Part shown: positions 59,379-64,000 of the stretch, piece after piece | Layout: each line of letters starts with the position of its first letter | Position numbering within the stretch: the stretch's first letter is position 1 | Assembly (NCBI GenBank): GCA_963827605.1 | Contig: CAWHBK010000002.1 | Location: forward strand, 608,151-672,150 | Direction of reading: 5' to 3' | DNA: 64,000 nt | DNA from: an uncultured Chloroflexia bacterium | Lineage (GTDB): Bacteria > Chloroflexota > Anaerolineae > Anaerolineales > Anaerolineaceae | Made by a program: the position numbers and the translations under genes | The notes under the pieces: model-generated | The model's database searches: none | Seen by the model: the letters and a program-made list of their open reading frames with translations, nothing else | Told to the model about the DNA's origin: nothing

Positions 59379-60461
59379 ATGGCAGCTGAAATTACGGGCA
59401 AGATCAGTTACGCAAATGGTCGGGTGGCGCAGAACGTGGATGTGCGCGTTTTCGACAAGGATGCCCCAGGCAAAGGCGATGATGATCTGACCATTACCCC
59501 CGGCTGCTCGGACAGTCACGGCGTATTCACCGTCCATTATGAGCCAGGCCGCTACATGGATTTTGCCAGTATCCCCTTTCTGGGGCTCAGGCGCCCGGCG
59601 ACGGACGAAGCGCGCGCCGGCGGCGGGCTGCGCTTCCCCGACCTGTTGGATGTCTATTCACCCTACTTGCAGTTCCGTTATTCCCTGGATGGGCAGGAGC
59701 ACAACCATACCACTCAGATTAGCCTGTTCCAGGATCATTATTTGCTGCCCGAGCCGTCCCCGCTCGCATTTATCCCCTCGCGGGACGGTTTCCGGTTTCC
59801 AAACTGGTTTTCTGGTTTTATGCTGCCCTTTAGCATCCCCTTTGTGAACAGCAAGGTAAATTCCCACTACGGGTTATGCGGCGGTATGTCCGCGGCCGCC
59901 TCTGATTTTCTATTGGCCGGCCGGCCGGCTCCACGCTCCACGGAAGTGCCCAAAACGGGCACTGTTTTCCAGCGCTACCTGTTCCGCCGGGCGATCGACA
60001 GCTTCGCGATGGGAGAATCGATTCTGCAGTTTGCGCGCTGGATGGCCCTGCCCGATCTCGGGCCGAACGGCACCTTTGCCCTTACGTTGGACGAATATCG
60101 AAAAATCCGCGACCTGTTAGATCAACAGCGCCTGGTCCCGTTGGGCCTGGTCTATGATAAAGGCAAGGGCGCGCAAGAAATTGCGCGGGATGTCTGGAAC
60201 AACCACCAGGTGCTGGCCTATGGCTATGTTGAAAATGCGGACGGCTCGATCGACGTGCGCATCTACGACCCGAACGAGCCGCAAAACGATGATGTCACTT
60301 TACACGCCGAAAAGGTGCAGGTGGGTGAGGCCGCCGGCGAAGCCCTGTTTGGGCTGGCGACCATCGAAAAAGGCAAGAAGCGCACCATCCCGGTCGACCC
60401 GCCCGTATATGGTTTCTTCCGCATGCCCTACCAGCCCATCGAACCGCCGGCCAGCCTGTAA
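59379..60461 (+). CDS. Hypothetical protein: N-terminal beta-sandwich-like segment plus putative papain-like Cys/His domain
   Basis: 360-aa ORF. GLCGGMSAAASDF (candidate nucleophile), NHQVLAYGY (candidate His) and IYDPN occur in the order expected for a papain-like fold. The family was not recognised. Confidence 0.45.
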   Translation: MAAEITGKISYANGRVAQNVDVRVFDKDAPGKGDDDLTITPGCSDSHGVFTVHYEPGRYMDFASIPFLGLRRPATDEARAGGGLRFPDLLDVYSPYLQFRYSLDGQEHNHTTQISLFQDHYLLPEPSPLAFIPSRDGFRFPNWFSGFMLPFSIPFVNSKVNSHYGLCGGMSAAASDFLLAGRPAPRSTEVPKTGTVFQRYLFRRAIDSFAMGESILQFARWMALPDLGPNGTFALTLDEYRKIRDLLDQQRLVPLGLVYDKGKGAQEIARDVWNNHQVLAYGYVENADGSIDVRIYDPNEPQNDDVTLHAEKVQVGEAAGEALFGLATIEKGKKRTIPVDPPVYGFFRMPYQPIEPPASL

Positions 60462-60504
60462 AGGGGGAATATTACCAGAACGAAAGAGATCCTCAAGCCG
60501 ACAA

Positions 60505-61608
60505 ATGCAGCATACCCCCTTTACCAACATAAAAAAGATTGCCGTATTCCGCGCACTCGCGCTGGGCGATTTGATTTTTGCCCTACCCGCGCTGGCGGCG
60601 CTGTACCAGGCGTACCCGCAGGCCGAGATCGTATACCTGGGGCGGACCTGGCACACCGGCTTTCTGCCGGGAAGGCTGACCGGGCCGCACCGGGTGGTGG
60701 CGGTGCCCCCCGCCCGTACCGCGGAAGACATCCGCCAGGGGCTGGTGATTGACCCGCAGGCTGAGGCGGAGTTTACCCGCCAGATGCAGGCCGAGCAGTT
60801 TGATCTGGCTCTGCAAATGCACGGGGCAGGAGAATATTCCAACCCCTTCATCCGCAACCTGCACTCGCGTTACAGTGTTGGGCTCAAATCCACCCGCGCC
60901 GCGCCGCTCGACCGCTGGATCCCTTACGTTTACTACCAGAATGAAGTCCTGCGCCTGTTGGAAGTGGCCGCGCTGGCCGGGGCCAGTTTGACCACCGCCA
61001 ATTTGCAGCCTTGCCTGCCCGTTTTGGAAAGCGACCGGGCCGCGGCTGCGCCCTTTTTGGAAAACATCCGCGGCCCGTTTGCCGTGCTGCACCCCGGCTC
61101 AACCGATCCGCGCCGGCGCTGGTCAACGGAAAAGTACGCCGCCGTAGCAGATTGGATCGCCGCGCGGGGTTTGGAGGTGGTTCTGTCTGGCCAGGGGGAA
61201 GACGCGGTTTTCGTCCAGGCAGTCGCTTCCAGCATGCGCGCCCCGGCGATCAACCTGTGTGACCGGCTCAGCCTGGCCGGGCTGATTGGGCTGCTCAGCC
61301 AGGCAGCCTTGTTCGTGGGCAACGACTCGGGACCGCTGCACCTGGCGCTGGCGGTTGGAACGCGCGCGGCGGGCCTGTTCTGGACAGAATATATCCTCAA
61401 CTCGCTGCCGCTTTTCCGCGAGAACTTCTTCCCCCTCATCGCCTGGCAGCGTCACTGCCCCAGGTGCGGGCGCTACCTGGATAAGAAAGAGGCTGACCAG
61501 CCCATAGGCCCCTGCACGCACTATATTTCATTATTAGAAGAGATATCTGCTGAAGAGGTGATCCAGGGCGTGGAGGTGCTGCTGGAAGCGCGGGTCTCGG
61601 AAGGGTAA
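60505..61608 (+). CDS. Glycosyltransferase family 9 (heptosyltransferase-like)
   Basis: ORF 60154..61608, with start at MQHTPFTNIKKIAVFRALALGD (60505). Contains LHPGSTDPRRRW and VGNDSGPLHLA motifs typical of GT9. Confidence 0.8.
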   Translation: MQHTPFTNIKKIAVFRALALGDLIFALPALAALYQAYPQAEIVYLGRTWHTGFLPGRLTGPHRVVAVPPARTAEDIRQGLVIDPQAEAEFTRQMQAEQFDLALQMHGAGEYSNPFIRNLHSRYSVGLKSTRAAPLDRWIPYVYYQNEVLRLLEVAALAGASLTTANLQPCLPVLESDRAAAAPFLENIRGPFAVLHPGSTDPRRRWSTEKYAAVADWIAARGLEVVLSGQGEDAVFVQAVASSMRAPAINLCDRLSLAGLIGLLSQAALFVGNDSGPLHLALAVGTRAAGLFWTEYILNSLPLFRENFFPLIAWQRHCPRCGRYLDKKEADQPIGPCTHYISLLEEISAEEVIQGVEVLLEARVSEG

Positions 61609-61624
61609 ACCGGCTTCCCGCGCC

Positions 61625-62665
61625 CTACCGGCCAAGATCCACAGCAGCTCCCCAAACGTTTTGGGCCAGCTCCGCCAGCGTTTCGGCTTGCAGTACCTGG
61701 GCGGGCAGCCCGGCAAACACGTTGAACGAATGCAGCAGCGCGGTGGCCAGCGCATTGCGGGGCAGATCCGCGCGCTGCGCGGCAGGCAGCCCGTACGCGT
61801 CCAGGAAGGCCGCCAGCAGGCGAGGCTCCCCAGCGAACAGGTCAAGGTGCAGCGCGGCGAGCTCGTAAAGCAGATCGCCGGTCCGGGCATCGCCAAAATC
61901 GATCAACGCCAGGCTGGTCCAGCGCCCGTTCTCCCAGCGCCCGAGCAGATGATCGCGGGTCAGGTCAGCGTGGATCAGGTGCGGCGCGCGAGCGTGGTCG
62001 ACCAGCGCCTCGGACGGGGGCAGAAAGTCGTGGATCTGCTCGATCAGGCGCGGGGGGAGGCTGTCCCATTCGCGGTGGCGAGCCTCCACCCCGGCGCGCT
62101 GTTGTTCCAGAAAGCGCTGGTAGGGCTGGTGGGTATTGGGAAAGACCGGCGAGCCTTCCAGCACCAGGGCATGGATGCGGCGCACGGTTTCGCCCAGCTC
62201 GCGCGCCGCGAGCAGCCGGTCCTCCAGCGTCACCTGTTCGAATACCTCGCCCAGGCTGATGCCGGGGATATATTCGAATACCAGATACGGCCAGGGCCAA
62301 CCCTCTTCACCCAGCTCGCCCGCGGCCACCAGTTTGGCCGTGCGGATGCGTGCATCCTGACCCGCCAGGCGGCCTGCCTCTCGTTCGGCGGCAAAGCACT
62401 GCGCGCCATCGAACAGGCGCCCAAAGAACTTGACCACCCAGCGCCGCGCGCCAGCGGCGGAAACGAGGAAGACCGGGCAGGTGCCCGGCACCCCGGTGTG
62501 GACCGCCTCACAGGGAAGCGCGTGCCTGCGGCATACTTCCTGAACGTAAGGGGACCACAGGGCGATATCCGTAAAGAGCCGGCAGTACGACTCGAAGTCT
62601 TCCAAAGCAGAAAGGGGATGCATGCGGCAATTATAGCGGATCAACGGGTCATCCGCGCGGTCCAT
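61625..62665 (-). CDS. Aminoglycoside-phosphotransferase-like (APH) kinase family protein
   Basis: 346-aa ORF with LIHADLTRDHLL (HxDxxxxN-like) and LIDFGDARTGD motifs. Confidence 0.75.
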   Translation of the reverse strand: MDRADDPLIRYNCRMHPLSALEDFESYCRLFTDIALWSPYVQEVCRRHALPCEAVHTGVPGTCPVFLVSAAGARRWVVKFFGRLFDGAQCFAAEREAGRLAGQDARIRTAKLVAAGELGEEGWPWPYLVFEYIPGISLGEVFEQVTLEDRLLAARELGETVRRIHALVLEGSPVFPNTHQPYQRFLEQQRAGVEARHREWDSLPPRLIEQIHDFLPPSEALVDHARAPHLIHADLTRDHLLGRWENGRWTSLALIDFGDARTGDLLYELAALHLDLFAGEPRLLAAFLDAYGLPAAQRADLPRNALATALLHSFNVFAGLPAQVLQAETLAELAQNVWGAAVDLGR

Positions 62666-62796
62666 AACTTCCCTTCATATAATAATAAAATGTTGCTGGA
62701 GCGCATTACGCCTTCTGTATCTCGGACGCAATCAATTCATCATTTTACCCCAACACCTTTGAGCCTAAAATTTTACGCAGCTTTTACGAGCGCGTA

Positions 62797-62825
62797 TTGA
62801 CACTGGAACGACTGTTCTATAAAAT
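62797..62825 (+). promoter_or_regulatory. Near-consensus sigma-70 promoter placed for a leaderless LuxR-family transcript
   Basis: TTGACA (62797-62802), a 17-nt spacer, TAAAAT (62820-62825). The ATG of the LuxR gene is at 62832, only 6 nt after the -10 element. Confidence 0.5.
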
Positions 62826-62831
62826 GATTTT

Positions 62832-63242
62832 ATGCTTCTCTTTCGGCGGATCCTCAACACCATCCGGGGTCGGTTCAAGCGCGAGCAAAGCACAAATTTT
62901 ACCCTGGATGTTGATACTTTGCGCTCGCTTGAATTTCTGGCTGAGCAGGAAAAGCGCACCCCGGAAGATATTGCCAACCAGATCCTGGGAGACGCGTTTC
63001 GCAACCATCAGGCGCAGGGGGAAAACTGGCAGCGCTGGCAATCCCTTACCCCGCGCGAGCAGGAGATTACCGCGCTGATCTGCCTGAACTATACCTCGCG
63101 CCAGATTGCCACCAAGCTAACCATCTCACCCGAAACGGTAAAAACCCACGCGGAACACATTTTGGTAAAGTTCGGGGTAACCGACCGCAATACTATGCGC
63201 ATGATGCTGAACGGTTGGGATTTCAACGCCTGGGACCAGTAG
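62832..63242 (+). CDS. LuxR-family (GerE-type HTH) transcriptional regulator
   Basis: 136-aa ORF whose C-terminus LTPREQEITALICLNYTSRQIATKLTISPETVKTHAEHILVKFGV is a canonical LuxR_C HTH. Confidence 0.8.
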   Translation: MLLFRRILNTIRGRFKREQSTNFTLDVDTLRSLEFLAEQEKRTPEDIANQILGDAFRNHQAQGENWQRWQSLTPREQEITALICLNYTSRQIATKLTISPETVKTHAEHILVKFGVTDRNTMRMMLNGWDFNAWDQ

Positions 63243-63247
63243 AAACT

Positions 63248-63371
63248 GCGTTTGCGGAGCCGGCTGCGACCGCGGTAGAGACCGCCTATGCGATTGGCGG
63301 AGCCGGCCGCGACCGCGGTAGAGACCGCCCATGCGATTGGCGGAGCCGGCTGCGACCGCGGTTGAAACCGG
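63248..63371. repeat. Tandem repeat, about 43-bp unit, 2.9 copies, GC-rich with internal dyad symmetry
   Basis: The units are 63248-63289, 63290-63332 and 63333-63371 (gcgattggcggagccggc[t/c]gcgaccgcggtagagaccgcc[c/t]at). Each contains the palindrome accgcggt and ggcgg...ccgcc arms. Confidence 0.85.
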
Positions 63372-63583
63372 AGAATGTAGATCGAGTCTGTTTTCTACTG
63401 TAACAAAAACTCCTTCAAAACGATTTTAAGTGTACGGGCTCGCGCGTAAAAAAGGCCGAAATGTTTGGCTTTTTTTCGTGTACAGGCTTGACACCAGCAG
63501 GCGGCAATTGTAAATTTAGTGGGACGTCTCTCAACAGTTGTGGATTAACCAAACGGACCAGGTACCATGTTCAGGGGGAAAGC

Positions 63584-63826
63584 ATGTTATCCAGGTATTA
63601 CACCGAAGCACATTCCACAACAGGCTTTTGCCACAACATCATCCACCCCACCCCATCGCAAGAGGAGCGCAAAGCCAGATTTTTGGCTGCTTGTAAATTT
63701 CATAGCGCCGCCATTGAAAACGGCTCCGCAGCGGAAACGTTATTAATGGAAACATCCGACCCTGGTTTGCTTGCTGGACCAACTGACGACATTCTGATGC
63801 TGATCGGGCTACAAAAAAACGGTTGA
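63584..63826 (+). CDS. Small hypothetical protein
   Basis: This is the inner part of ORF 63461..63826, starting at MLSRYYTEAH, preceded by GGGGGAAAG. There is no homology cue. Confidence 0.3.
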   Translation: MLSRYYTEAHSTTGFCHNIIHPTPSQEERKARFLAACKFHSAAIENGSAAETLLMETSDPGLLAGPTDDILMLIGLQKNG

Positions 63827-63829
63827 AAT

Positions 63830-64000
63830 ATGTCTGAGAAGTCAGTTACGCTAAAGAAAAACACGATCCTGTTTGCCCTCTACGGTCTGCTGTTAGGGCT
63901 TTCTTTTGTTATGGCCGGCGTCATCATCACGTACAGCTTTCTGCATGAAGTGCTTGGGATATACCCGCTCGAACTGCGCGTGATCCTGGTTCTCCTGGTC
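63830..64000 (+). CDS. Hypothetical membrane protein, N-terminal fragment (continues beyond window)
   Basis: ATG at 63830, 4 nt after the previous stop. The sequence MSEKSVTLKKNTILFALYGLLLGLSFVMAGVIITYSF... is hydrophobic and open to the window end. Confidence 0.35.
   Translation, partial: MSEKSVTLKKNTILFALYGLLLGLSFVMAGVIITYSFLHEVLGIYPLELRVILVLLV

Noticed and set aside
63248-63371. Possible CRISPR array
   Set aside because: The repeats are directly contiguous with no spacers. There are only 2.9 copies and there are no cas genes in the window.

Overview
This is a 64-kb bacterial chromosomal window. GC looks to be about 55-62% by eye, with two sharply GC-richer islands at about 7.0-9.8 kb and 48.7-52.3 kb. 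Gene content, Pro/Thr-rich linkers and a leaderless-type promoter suggest a Chloroflexota (Anaerolineae-like) organism, but that is only a guess.

Content from left to right:
- A TetR fragment, a frameshifted GH2 glycosidase and a PP2C phosphatase.
- A 2.3-kb IS4-family insertion sequence with 53-bp inverted repeats and an AT-rich cargo ORF.
- An inositol monophosphatase, then a heavily frameshifted B12-binding/mutase-like gene and opine-dehydrogenase-like gene.
- An HD-GYP protein and a P1B-type ATPase with an atypical CSC transmembrane motif, translationally coupled to a GH78 rhamnosidase.
- dut, an M1 lipoprotein peptidase, lipid genes, a U32 peptidase and a GH2 beta-mannosidase.
- A complete 9.5-kb chemosensory operon: CheW-like, CheR-TPR, CheW, MCP, hybrid CheA-REC, CheB, a degenerate GHKL-like protein and a CheY-like REC.
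- Immediately upstream of that operon, an internally duplicated decaheme c-type cytochrome.
- A multi-zinc-ribbon protein and a membrane-anchored two-HKD PLD protein.
- An OoxA/OoxB-like flavoprotein pair convergent with a dipeptide epimerase.
- A trio of HerA/FtsK-like ATPase, coiled-coil LysM protein and Gly-rich repeat protein.
- An EamA transporter, a liv-type ABC operon, an SDR, a putative papain-like protein, a GT9, an APH-like kinase and a LuxR regulator followed by a 43-bp tandem repeat.

I recognised no rRNA, tRNA or CRISPR array.

About 40 single-base frameshifts are visible, and about 28 of them fall in the two GC-rich islands. I lean towards assembly or sequencing error, but cannot prove it from the sequence. 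The items I consider most worth follow-up are the decaheme cytochrome next to the chemosensory operon, the CSC-type P1B ATPase, the IS cargo gene and the HerA-like/LysM/repeat-protein trio.
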